From positions 3,645-67,644 of the forward strand of contig JALVXB010000001.1 of assembly GCA_027023025.1 (NCBI GenBank): a stretch of 64,000 bases of DNA, read 5' to 3'. Origin of the DNA: Caldisericaceae bacterium. GTDB lineage: Bacteria > Caldisericota > Caldisericia > Caldisericales > Caldisericaceae. Every line of letters begins with the position of its first letter. Positions within the stretch are counted from its first letter, which is position 1. The position numbers were made by a program, and so were the translations under genes. The notes under the pieces were generated by a model that had not been told where the DNA came from, did not search any database, and saw only the letters and a program-made list of their open reading frames with translations. Of this stretch, positions 14,628 to 23,428 are shown piece by piece.

Positions 14628-17219
14628 TTACGGAACGGTAAAACTGTAGAGGATTTTTGAGAATCCTGCCCACGCCTTGCCGAAGTCTTCAGGGGTTGCG
14701 TCAAACTCAAGCGTGTAAATAATGTCGCCTTTTTTGAGAAAGAAAAGCGCAACTTTTAAGTCCATAGGATTGCCCTTTTCGTCTTCACCTTTTCCGCTTA
14801 CGACTAGTTTGTAAAAGTTTTGCCCGTTTATCTCAACGCTCTTTTCTTCCAGCACCTTTTCGTTGTCAAGAAATTGCGTTTTTATGTATTTCAAAAATTC
14901 CTCTTCGTCGATGCCTTCCTTTTTAAGGTCGTCGTGATAGATAAAAACTGATGCAACATATCCGTCTTTAAAGCCAGGGCTGTCTATCCTTATGTCCGTA
15001 TCTTCGTCGGGATTTTCTTCCAGCGTCCAGCCCTCTGGATAGTAAAACGCATATTGGTTATTTTTAAACTTTTTAACGGGGGTGATCTTTTTCAAAACCG
15101 CAGAGATAGTTTTATTGCCCTGCAGAGAGATTTGCTCCGCATAAGTTTCGTATCCCTCCTTTTTTAACTCCACGGTAAACTGCCCAAAAGAAAGCGTAAA
15201 GTCGTGCGGCGTTTTAAACCCCGTGTCCCTCCCGTTTATAAAAATCTCTGCACCCTGCGGGGTGGAATTCACTTTAAGCACATAGGTTGCTTTCTGCAAA
15301 CTCACATCCACGCTGGCCGTTTTGCCAGTGTTTACTTCCACTTTTACAGTTGCGCTTTTGTATCCTGCTTTCTTCAGCGTGATTGTGTGCACTCCGGTAG
15401 GCACGCCCTTAATCATATTTGGAGTTTTTACGCCCTTGTCGCGCCCGTCGACGAAAATCTCCGCACCGCTTGGATGCGAAACTATGCTGAGGTAACCTCC
15501 CAGCGCCTTCAGTTCAAAGTTTACGCTGACCGTTCCGCCGTTTTTCAGGTTTACCGTTTTGGTCGCACTTTCGTACCCTGCCTTTTTTACGGTCACTTCG
15601 TATGTGCCTTTCTGCGTTTCCTTTACTTTGTTCGGAGTTTTCAGCCCCGTGTCCCTCCCGTTTATGAAAATCTCTGCACCCTGCGGAGTGGAGTTTACGC
15701 TTATTACCATTGCCTTTTTAACGACGATTCCGCTGCCCGTGTTTTCGTTTGTGCTACCGCTTTGCGCGCTTTCTCCGCCTGTTGCACTGCCGCTGGTACC
15801 GTTAGAACCTCCGTTTGTTCCTATCTGCGAGGTCTGGGAAGTTCCGTTTCCACGGATTGCCACGCTGTTTCTGCGGTGTGCAGAAGCAAAAACTATAGTT
15901 CCAATAATTGCAACGAGGAGCGCCGCAATTATGCCGAGCACGACTTTGCTGCGGAACAAACTCTGGACGCTTACCTCGGGCAAACTTACCCTGGGAATTT
16001 TTCCGAAAGCGCTCTTTTTTGTTTTTCCGACACCTTCTATTATTTGTGTGCCTCCTTTTACTTCAGCGGGCACTTCCGGTGCACTTTCCTTTGCAATAGA
16101 CTTCTCGTCTTTTAACTTGCTGGCCTTTACATCTGGAGTTGCAGCTTTTCTCTTTGCAGCCGAAGCAGTAGCACCGTTGCCCAGGACGACAGTTTCACCG
16201 GGCTCATCGCTTTTTGCATTTTCCTTTGCTGCTCCAGATTCGCCCGAAGGAGCCACACTCGAAGAAGCCTTACCTTCACTTAAAACGACCGTCCCACTCT
16301 TTTCTGCGCCTTTAGCCTGCGGAACTTCCTCCTTTTTCAAAATTACGGTTTCGCCCTTTTCTACTTTGTGCTCCTTTTGCGGAATTGCTTTGCCCGCAGA
16401 AATTTCTGACAGGTCTTTCAGCAGCTCTTCTGGGTTCTGGTAGCGCTTTTTGGGATCTTTCTCGAGCAATTTAAAAATAACTTTCTTTAACTTTTCAGGC
16501 ACATCGCTTAAATTGATGGGCGGCACTTCTTTTGTAAGGTGCATACTGATAACGGACCACGGCGTTTCCCCGTCAAATGGCACTTTTCCCGTAAGCATCT
16601 GGTACATCGTGATGCCCAGCGCATACAGGTCGCTCCGAATGTCTGCTTTTTGTCCTTTTGCCTGCTCAGGCGACATATAAAAAGGCGTGCCCAGAATGGA
16701 GTCTGCAGCGGTAAGCCCTTCGCCTCCGCTGAGTTTTGCAATACCAAAGTCCATTACCTTTACTTTTCCGTTTGCAGTAAGCATAATGTTCTGCGGCTTG
16801 ATGTCGCGGTGCGCGATAAGCCCTTTGCTGCGGGCATAACCCAGAGCCTTTGCAACTTCCGATGCAATGCGCACCACTTCCTCGTACGGGAGCGAGCCTT
16901 TTTCCTCTAAAATCTGTGAAAGCGTTTTGCCCTGCACGAACTCCATTACGATAAAGTATGTTTCACCGTCTTTTCCAAAGTCGCGCACCCGTGCAATGTT
17001 TCCGTGCTTCATTCTTATTGCAATTTCTGCCTCTTTCAAAAAGCGCTTTACGAAGTTTTCGTTTTCTGCGTATTCTGAGTGCAGAACTTTAATTGCAACG
17101 ATTTCGTTCGTCTTGAGGTCGCGCGCAAGGTAAACGGTTGCCATACCCCCGCTTCCCACTTTGTCGTATATTTTGTACTTGCCGCTTATTACTTTGCCTA
17201 TGTACTTAATGTGTACCAC
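14628..17219 (-). CDS. Hanks-type Ser/Thr protein kinase with TM helix, PEGA-domain ectodomain repeats and C-terminal PsbP/DcrB-like domain
   Basis: Kinase motifs are GSGGMATVY, VAIKVL, HRDIKPQN, DFGIAK and SPEQ. The TM helix is VVLGIIAALLVAIIGTIVFA. At least three PEGA repeats are present (STPQGAEIFINGRDTG.KTP...KKAGYE). The start codon is GTG. Confidence 0.9.
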   Translation of the reverse strand: MVHIKYIGKVISGKYKIYDKVGSGGMATVYLARDLKTNEIVAIKVLHSEYAENENFVKRFLKEAEIAIRMKHGNIARVRDFGKDGETYFIVMEFVQGKTLSQILEEKGSLPYEEVVRIASEVAKALGYARSKGLIAHRDIKPQNIMLTANGKVKVMDFGIAKLSGGEGLTAADSILGTPFYMSPEQAKGQKADIRSDLYALGITMYQMLTGKVPFDGETPWSVISMHLTKEVPPINLSDVPEKLKKVIFKLLEKDPKKRYQNPEELLKDLSEISAGKAIPQKEHKVEKGETVILKKEEVPQAKGAEKSGTVVLSEGKASSSVAPSGESGAAKENAKSDEPGETVVLGNGATASAAKRKAATPDVKASKLKDEKSIAKESAPEVPAEVKGGTQIIEGVGKTKKSAFGKIPRVSLPEVSVQSLFRSKVVLGIIAALLVAIIGTIVFASAHRRNSVAIRGNGTSQTSQIGTNGGSNGTSGSATGGESAQSGSTNENTGSGIVVKKAMVISVNSTPQGAEIFINGRDTGLKTPNKVKETQKGTYEVTVKKAGYESATKTVNLKNGGTVSVNFELKALGGYLSIVSHPSGAEIFVDGRDKGVKTPNMIKGVPTGVHTITLKKAGYKSATVKVEVNTGKTASVDVSLQKATYVLKVNSTPQGAEIFINGRDTGFKTPHDFTLSFGQFTVELKKEGYETYAEQISLQGNKTISAVLKKITPVKKFKNNQYAFYYPEGWTLEENPDEDTDIRIDSPGFKDGYVASVFIYHDDLKKEGIDEEEFLKYIKTQFLDNEKVLEEKSVEINGQNFYKLVVSGKGEDEKGNPMDLKVALFFLKKGDIIYTLEFDATPEDFGKAWAGFSKILYSFTVP

Positions 17220-17245
17220 CTCTCTTTGCCGTGTGCCTTAACCAA

Positions 17246-18166
17246 TTAAAATGCCTTTTTTACGAACTTCAGGTAGTAAAGCGCTAAAAGCGCAAAAGCC
17301 AGCACGAGCACGAGTGTAATGTACATAAACTTCCTGCGTGACTTTTTCCCGCCGTCCTGCAAATTGCCCCGTTCCTTACGCATAGGAACGCTTTCTGCAA
17401 TAATCACTGTGATGTTGTCCTCTCCCCCATTTCTATTTGCACGGTCAATCAGCGCCCGCACCTTTTCCTCAGTTGAGAGCTTACTTTTCAGTACGCTCTC
17501 CATCGTTTTTTCACTGACCATATTGTAGAGCCCGTCGCTACAGAGGAGCACTTTGTTTTTTTCGTTAAGCGCAACTTCCGGATAGGTTTCAACTTCTACG
17601 CCCGCCTTTACCCCCAGGGCGCGCGTCAGCACATTTTTCTGCGTGCTCTCCCTTGCCTCTTTTTCACTGATCATCCCATTTTCCAACTGGTACGCAACGA
17701 GCGTGTGGTCGTGCGTAACTTGCGAAAGTTTACCGTCTTTTAACAGATAAACTCTACTGTCCCCCACATTGCCCGCAGACAAAACGCCGTTTTTTATAAA
17801 AGTAGCCGCTGCAGTCGTTCCCATTTTGCCGCTCAGATTGTGCGCTTCTGCGTACTGAAAAATTTTTTCGTTTGCTTTCTTCAGCACGCTAACGATGAAT
17901 GCCTCAGGGTTTGGAAAATCTGTCTGCTTTTCGAACACTTCTTTTGCAGTTTGTGCAGCAATGGTGCTTGCAACTTCCCCTTTTTCCATGCCCCCCATCC
18001 CGTCAAAAACGGCAAGGAAAACTGTTCCTCCTTTTTTGAGCACTACGAAGTCGTCTTCGTTGTTTGTCCTCTTTCTCCCTACATCTGTAAGTGCAGAGCA
18101 GGAGAGCCCCTCAATCTCTCCTGCATCCTCCTTTTTTGCAAGTTTCAGCGTTTTTGCCTGCTTCAT
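17246..18166 (-). CDS. PP2C-family Ser/Thr phosphatase with C-terminal TM anchor
   Basis: Motifs are RTNNEDDF, VFDGMGG, LLCSDGL and GGEDNITV. The C-terminal helix is FMYITLVLVLAFALLALYYL. Confidence 0.9.
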   Translation of the reverse strand: MKQAKTLKLAKKEDAGEIEGLSCSALTDVGRKRTNNEDDFVVLKKGGTVFLAVFDGMGGMEKGEVASTIAAQTAKEVFEKQTDFPNPEAFIVSVLKKANEKIFQYAEAHNLSGKMGTTAAATFIKNGVLSAGNVGDSRVYLLKDGKLSQVTHDHTLVAYQLENGMISEKEARESTQKNVLTRALGVKAGVEVETYPEVALNEKNKVLLCSDGLYNMVSEKTMESVLKSKLSTEEKVRALIDRANRNGGEDNITVIIAESVPMRKERGNLQDGGKKSRRKFMYITLVLVLAFALLALYYLKFVKKAF

Positions 18167-18173
18167 TACCCGT

Positions 18174-19838
18174 TTATGCCTTCTTGAATGTCATCTGCAC
18201 GCGTGCAAGTGTCACGGTGTCTCCGTCTTTTAACTCTTCACGCGTAATTTTATTACCGTTTACATAGGTGCCGTTCGTGCTTGCAAGGTCGTAAAGCACA
18301 AACTTGCCGTTTTCAAACTTTACCTTTGCGTGTTCCGACGAAACTGAAGGATCGTCCAAAACTATGTCGTTGTCCGCACTTCTTCCTATGTTCGTCGTGT
18401 TCCCTAACTTGAAGCTCTTTCCGTCACTGTTTCTTATAAGGTATGCAAGAGGCACGCTCTTTCCACCTAAAATTACCGTTTCGCCAGATGACGGAGCCTG
18501 TTTTTCGCGCACAGGTGCACCTTTTCTGGGCGTGCTCTTCCCGGGCGCGTTTGCTCTGCCTTTTTTGCTCATTAAAAGGAATGCGGCAAGCACCGCGATT
18601 ACTGCAATAAGCCCTAAAATTATCCAAAGCATTGGAACCTCCTTTTTGTCGTGTCCCTGGTCAATTTCGTAGCGGCACTTCTGAATGAACTGCTGGATGT
18701 ACGGATGGCCCGGATACATCTGCTCGACGATACCAAACTCCTTCAACGCCTTTGAGTAGTACCCGTTCCACATAAGTTCAAGCGCCTTTTTGTAGTGCTC
18801 GTCAAGAGAGCCCTGATGCGGAGTAACTCCCACTTCCTTCAAAAATTCCTTTGCAATGTTAATTGGGACGAGGAAGTTAAACCCCTCAATCGTCTGCCCG
18901 GTATTGTAGTCAATCGAGCCAAAGGTAGATATACCAATTACTTCGCCATTTTCGTTAAGAGCAGGTCCCCCTGAATTCCCGTGATAAATTGCAGCATCCG
19001 TCTGGATGACGCTCCAACCTCCTGGCATCTGCTTTATTGCACTGACGATACCTGAAGTTACAGTAGGAAGCGTAGCGCTTTCTCCCTTGAGGTACGGATG
19101 GAATGTGGCAACGCCCGGATAGCCGATGCAGTAGATTTTCTCGCCAACGACCGCCTTTGAGGAATCTCCCAGCGCAATCGTGGGCAGCTCTTCGTTCGTT
19201 TCAACTTTCAGGATTGCAACATCCTTTCCCGTGCCAACGCCCGACGGGTCGCCCACCTTTTTGATCTCACACTGCAAACCTTTCTCTGCAACGGCAATGC
19301 CCGGAATGGACTTTCCCTGAACTGCAAAAACGGTTTCCGTCACATTTGTAATCTGTGCGTGGTTCAGCAAAAACATAAAGAAGCCGTTCATAAACGCTTT
19401 TGCCTGCGCCTGCGTGATAGAGCCGTCTCCAAGTTGGTTTTCCGTCTCTTTCATCACGACCGTTTTGAGCAGCATAAACTTTTTGAACTGGTCAGTAAAC
19501 TTTACGACATGTGCGTTCGTCACGATGTAGCCGTCTGGCGTAACGATGAAACCGCTTCCTGATACGCCGGTTTTTGCGTGCTCTTTCCAGGTGCCGCCCT
19601 GTTTGTCCACTGTGAAGTGGAAGTTGTCGTCGTAGCTTGCAGACGGTGCAATCACATCGCCTTCAATAATCGTTTCTATGTACACCACTGCAGGCTCTGA
19701 CAACGCAATAATTTTGTCAGGAGACAGCGCCTTTCCGTTTTCCGCGCGGGCAACCTGTCCGTAGGGCAGTGCCGCAAGCGCAAAAAACAGTACGGCAATT
19801 AAAAGCACGACGCCTTTTTTAATGTTCGTTCTCTTCAT
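18174..19838 (-). CDS. secreted trypsin-like (S1/DegP-type) serine protease - TM helix - cytoplasmic FHA domain fusion
   Basis: Signal peptide is MKRTNIKKGVVLLIAVLFFALAALPYGQVARA. The catalytic triad context is TNAHVV, DVAILKV and GNSGGP. The TM helix is MLWIILGLIAVIAVLAAFLLM. The C-terminal FHA is IGRSADNDIVLDDPSVSSEHAKVKFENGKFVLYDLASTNGTYVNG. RBS AAAGGAGG. Confidence 0.85.
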   Translation of the reverse strand: MKRTNIKKGVVLLIAVLFFALAALPYGQVARAENGKALSPDKIIALSEPAVVYIETIIEGDVIAPSASYDDNFHFTVDKQGGTWKEHAKTGVSGSGFIVTPDGYIVTNAHVVKFTDQFKKFMLLKTVVMKETENQLGDGSITQAQAKAFMNGFFMFLLNHAQITNVTETVFAVQGKSIPGIAVAEKGLQCEIKKVGDPSGVGTGKDVAILKVETNEELPTIALGDSSKAVVGEKIYCIGYPGVATFHPYLKGESATLPTVTSGIVSAIKQMPGGWSVIQTDAAIYHGNSGGPALNENGEVIGISTFGSIDYNTGQTIEGFNFLVPINIAKEFLKEVGVTPHQGSLDEHYKKALELMWNGYYSKALKEFGIVEQMYPGHPYIQQFIQKCRYEIDQGHDKKEVPMLWIILGLIAVIAVLAAFLLMSKKGRANAPGKSTPRKGAPVREKQAPSSGETVILGGKSVPLAYLIRNSDGKSFKLGNTTNIGRSADNDIVLDDPSVSSEHAKVKFENGKFVLYDLASTNGTYVNGNKITREELKDGDTVTLARVQMTFKKA

Positions 19839-19998
19839 TTTTATCCTCCTTTAACATTTTTTCAATTGCACTTTGAATTTGTGCAAGCCCTCTTATCGGC
19901 CTTTCCACATTTTTCTGGATGTAGGAAACTGCTCCCACCCATACGCCTTTTTTCCGCTTCAACCTCACTAAAAACGACACAAATTTTTCTTCTTTCAT
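19819..19998 (-). CDS. candidate 59-aa small protein (below the ORF-track cutoff), overlaps the protease-FHA start by 20 nt
   Basis: Hand translation gives MKEEKFVSFLVRLKRKKGVWVGAVSYIQKNVERPIRGLAQIQSAIEKMLKEDKNEENEH. The RBS is weak (CTGAG). No family was recognised. Confidence 0.25.
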   Translation of the reverse strand: MKEEKFVSFLVRLKRKKGVWVGAVSYIQKNVERPIRGLAQIQSAIEKMLKEDKNEENEH

Positions 19999-20417
19999 CT
20001 CAGTTAAATTGTAAACTTGCCTGACAACAAAAAATCAACATTCAGAAAGTGCTGATAAACAGAGGGATGAAATAGAATTTGATTTCGGCTTTTTGAGGGA
20101 ATTAGTTTCTATTTTTTACGGAGCTTAGCAGCAGAAACGCTCAAGCAACTGGTAAAACATTTTGTCCACGCTTACGCATAAAGACGCAATCGAACCTATC
20201 TCGTGAACTTAATAACTCTGCCTCAAAATCTGCAGGGAGCACGGAAGAAAAAAAGGCCCTTCGCAGAAAAAACGCCCTTCGCAGGCGGGCATTGCTTATT
20301 CTCTGGAAACTAACCTAAACTGTAAAAAACAAATGGAATGTAAAAGTAAAGTTCGGTAAAGACTATCCAAAGTACATAAAAATATTCTAACAGCAATTCG
20401 CACAGCGCAGAAAAACT

Positions 20418-20790
20418 TCACTCGCTCTTTATTGCCTCAACGGGGTTTGTTTTAGATGCAAAGAGGGCAGGGAGGTATGAGAAGAGGAAACCTAAGAGAA
20501 GAGAGATCAGGGTAACGAGTATGAGGATGTTAATGGGGATGTAGTAGTTCCATCCTTTGAGTTTTTCTATTATAAGGGATACTGCAATGCCTGTGGGTAT
20601 GCCTATTGTTAGCGCTACGAGTGTCGTGTTTAATCCGTTCATAGTGAACTCTTTCGTTATGTCTTTTGCAGTTGCACCTATTGCTTTCTTTATGCCTATC
20701 TCTCTCGTTCTTCTAATTACTTCTATGAATAGCAGTGCTGATAGGGATAGGAATGCAGATAGTAATGCAAGGAGTATGAAGATGGAGAGG
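20418..20790 (-). repeat. near-identical 3' coding block shared by the three FtsX paralogs (copy 1)
   Basis: The last 123 codons (LSIFILLALLSAFLSLSALLFIEVIRRTREIGIKKAIGATAKDITKEF...NPVEAIKSE) are nearly identical at DNA level to 23056-23428 and 25630-26002. Confidence 0.9.
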
Positions 20791-22937
20791 ATGATGTAAG
20801 TGGAAAGTGCAGCTGACTTTATGTCCTTTATCTCTTCTTTGGGGTTAACGATGCTTCCAGGGTATCTGTCGGAATGTCTTTTGTTAAGAATGGAAAGTGC
20901 TTCTTTTGCAAGTTTAAGCGTATCGGTATAGCTTCCGTCTTTTGCTTTTATAAGGAATGTCCCGCTCCCTACGCCTTCCATTCCTGACACAACTCTGTAG
21001 TTGGGATTTTGTGCTCTTCCACTTACGAATACCGTCCTATCTATCAATGGATTGGTGGGAGATATAATACCCACTACTTTGTATAGAAGAAACATACTCC
21101 CTGTTTTAAGGTGAAGGAGCTGTGCCACTTTGCTACCTACTACACAGGTTCCGCTTTCTTTATCTTTTAAGAACCTTCCTGTTGAAATATTGAAGTTATA
21201 CAGATATGGGAACTGTTCCGTTGCTTCTGAGATCCTTACTGTAAGTTTTTTATCGTTTTTAAGCGGGATGATAGTTTCGTAGGGAAGGTCTTTTCTGAAG
21301 CCTATGTATGCGCTATCTCTAAGTGCATTCTTCAGGTATTCGTAGTCTGAAAGTGTATAATCGGCAAATACATCTGTGTGGACGCTTTTATTCTGAGGAA
21401 TTACTCTTAGCGTTTCTGGGGCAACTTCACTTTCAAGCTGCTTCATAGATTGGGCACGAGTATACCTCAGGGCAGATATAGAGAATGCGCCCATTACTGA
21501 TATGGTGAGTATCACGAGTATTGCCTTTGAGGAGAACCTACTCCTGATATTAGAATCTGAGTGTAACAAAAGGGCAGGAGGTACTTTGAATATACTGTGC
21601 AGGGCAACATACAGGGCAATTGCAACTGCAAGCACTGCAGTAAGGGATACGAAGGTAATCGTGTACTTCCCGACGATAAAGGGAGTACGGAGAGGCGTAA
21701 ATACAGAATTTGCAAATAAGAATGTGTGTATTCCAGCAAGGTTAAAACTTTTAAACAAGGGTATGGTAATGTATAGTACGAGCAAACTGAGCAGCGCAGA
21801 AACAATTGAAATGAAGATGTACTTGCGTAGTTCCTCTGCAAAGATGTGTCTTTTATTTGCTCCTATGCTGCGCTTTATCGAAACTTCCCTTTTCTTCCTC
21901 GTAATGTTTAGAATAATGAACTCTATGCACACGAGTACTGAAATAATAAGCACAAACAGTGCTGCATAGATAATGTTCCTTATGTTTTCCTCTATGCCTT
22001 TCGCACTGAGGGCATACTTAATTCTCTGGATTGTAGAGTCTATGTGGGGATAAAGAGTTTTACCATTCCCTTTGTTTTTCATTACTCTTTCAACGAGTTT
22101 CATCGCCTCGTTGTAGTAGCCTTTGCGGGGGATTATCCAGATAGTGTTGAGCAAATCCGGATGAGGTATTTTATAGTTAGGAAAGTGCATTATGTGCTTT
22201 CCCATCACATAGTCCGCAGGTAGTTTTCCAAATGCCCTGGTGAGGAAAAGATCGCCTGGTAGTGCGGATTGTTCTATGTCCGTATACGGTTTTAAAACAC
22301 CTATTATCGTATATGTGCCGTCACTTCCTTTCAGTGTTTTACCTACCGGATTTACATCTCCAAACAAGGTCTTACTTGCTTCGTAGGTAATAATAATGGA
22401 ATGTGGAGAATCTTTCGAGTTAAAGTAGCGCCCATAAAGAAGCGGGAGATGTAAATCTCTAAAGAACGATGGCGGGAAGCGGGCAATTTGCATTTGCAAG
22501 CCTTTTGCATAAACAAAATCCTGACACACCGTATCAAGCACAGTGCAGGCGAATGCATCTTTTATGTACGGAGAGTGCTTTAATCTGTCTACATCACTCG
22601 TCGTTATGGGGTTATACTTGCCGTAATCACTTCCAGGAGAACCTTTATATTTATACTTTTGTCCAGCAATTCCCTCAATCGAAAGCTCGTGTAGTTTTAT
22701 TAAAGCATTTTCTTCAGGTGTGTGAATCACGCTCGAGTAGTTTTTAATGATGTTTGCAGTGTACGAGTAAAGCAAATTGGCTTCGATAACGGGACTGATC
22801 GGGAGAGTTTTAAAGTAGTTGTTTACTCCAGTAGTTAACCCGTCAAGTGCTGAGAATGCAAAGCCTACTGAAAATAGAGAAAAGCATATTGCAGCAATGA
22901 GCAAGGTAAGAATTATTTTATTTAATTTTTTATTCAT
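20418..22937 (-). CDS. ABC-transporter permease, fused double FtsX/MacB-type (two FtsX TM modules, two large extracytoplasmic domains), paralog 1
   Basis: 839 aa with an N-terminal TM helix and two blocks of the type KREVSIKRSIGANKRHI / TREIGIKKAIGATAKDI, each preceded by an extracytoplasmic domain of roughly 180-310 aa. Confidence 0.85.
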   Translation of the reverse strand: MNKKLNKIILTLLIAAICFSLFSVGFAFSALDGLTTGVNNYFKTLPISPVIEANLLYSYTANIIKNYSSVIHTPEENALIKLHELSIEGIAGQKYKYKGSPGSDYGKYNPITTSDVDRLKHSPYIKDAFACTVLDTVCQDFVYAKGLQMQIARFPPSFFRDLHLPLLYGRYFNSKDSPHSIIITYEASKTLFGDVNPVGKTLKGSDGTYTIIGVLKPYTDIEQSALPGDLFLTRAFGKLPADYVMGKHIMHFPNYKIPHPDLLNTIWIIPRKGYYNEAMKLVERVMKNKGNGKTLYPHIDSTIQRIKYALSAKGIEENIRNIIYAALFVLIISVLVCIEFIILNITRKKREVSIKRSIGANKRHIFAEELRKYIFISIVSALLSLLVLYITIPLFKSFNLAGIHTFLFANSVFTPLRTPFIVGKYTITFVSLTAVLAVAIALYVALHSIFKVPPALLLHSDSNIRSRFSSKAILVILTISVMGAFSISALRYTRAQSMKQLESEVAPETLRVIPQNKSVHTDVFADYTLSDYEYLKNALRDSAYIGFRKDLPYETIIPLKNDKKLTVRISEATEQFPYLYNFNISTGRFLKDKESGTCVVGSKVAQLLHLKTGSMFLLYKVVGIISPTNPLIDRTVFVSGRAQNPNYRVVSGMEGVGSGTFLIKAKDGSYTDTLKLAKEALSILNKRHSDRYPGSIVNPKEEIKDIKSAALSTYIILSIFILLALLSAFLSLSALLFIEVIRRTREIGIKKAIGATAKDITKEFTMNGLNTTLVALTIGIPTGIAVSLIIEKLKGWNYYIPINILILVTLISLLLGFLFSYLPALFASKTNPVEAIKSE

Positions 22938-23055
22938 CGTAATAACGCCTTCTTTAACCCCTCGTTTTTATGTATACTTGCTTCTTCCTTACCTATGTTA
23001 TACCAATATAAATCTTTTGCAAGAATCTGTTTTCCGTTGTTCAATAATTTCATCT

Positions 23056-23428
23056 TCACTCGCTCTTTATTGCCTCAACGGGGTTTGTTTTTGATGCAAA
23101 GAGGGCAGGGAGGTATGAGAAGAGAAAGCCTAAGAGAATGGAGATCAGAGTAACGAGTATGAGGATGTTAATGGGGATGTAGTAGTTCCATCCTTTGAGT
23201 TTTTCTATTATAAGGGATACTGCAATGCCTGTGGGTATGCCTATTGTTAGTGCTACGAGTGTCGTGTTTAATCCGTTCATCGTGAACTCTTTCGTTATGT
23301 CTTTTGCCGTTGCACCTATTGCTTTCTTTATGCCTATCTCTCTCGTTCTTCTAATTACTTCTATGAATAGCAGTGCTGATAGGGATAGGAATGCAGATAG
23401 TAATGCAAGGAGTATGAAGATGGAGAGA
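23056..23428 (-). repeat. near-identical 3' coding block (copy 2)
   Basis: See 20418-20790. An extra roughly 85-nt identity tract at 23508-23590 matches 26086-26168. Confidence 0.9.

Noticed and set aside
15204-16443. Long plus-strand ORFs (303 and 294 aa) inside the kinase gene
   Set aside because: They are antisense to a confidently identified kinase with PEGA repeats. Their translations are low-complexity and Cys/Phe/Arg-rich with no motifs, which is typical of shadow ORFs.
20285-20320. Possible terminator after FtsX paralog 1 (GCCCTTCGCAG repeated twice, followed on the minus strand by T runs)
   Set aside because: I could not draw a convincing stem longer than 4 bp. The duplicated CCTTCGCAG string looks like another fragment of the repeat family (compare TCCTTCGCAAAGACGG), not a hairpin.
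20557-20799. Three identical 80-aa plus-strand ORFs (20557-20799, 23195-23437, 25769-26011)
   Set aside because: They are antisense to the near-identical 3' blocks of the FtsX genes. Their conservation is fully explained by DNA identity on the coding strand. They have no independent start signals.
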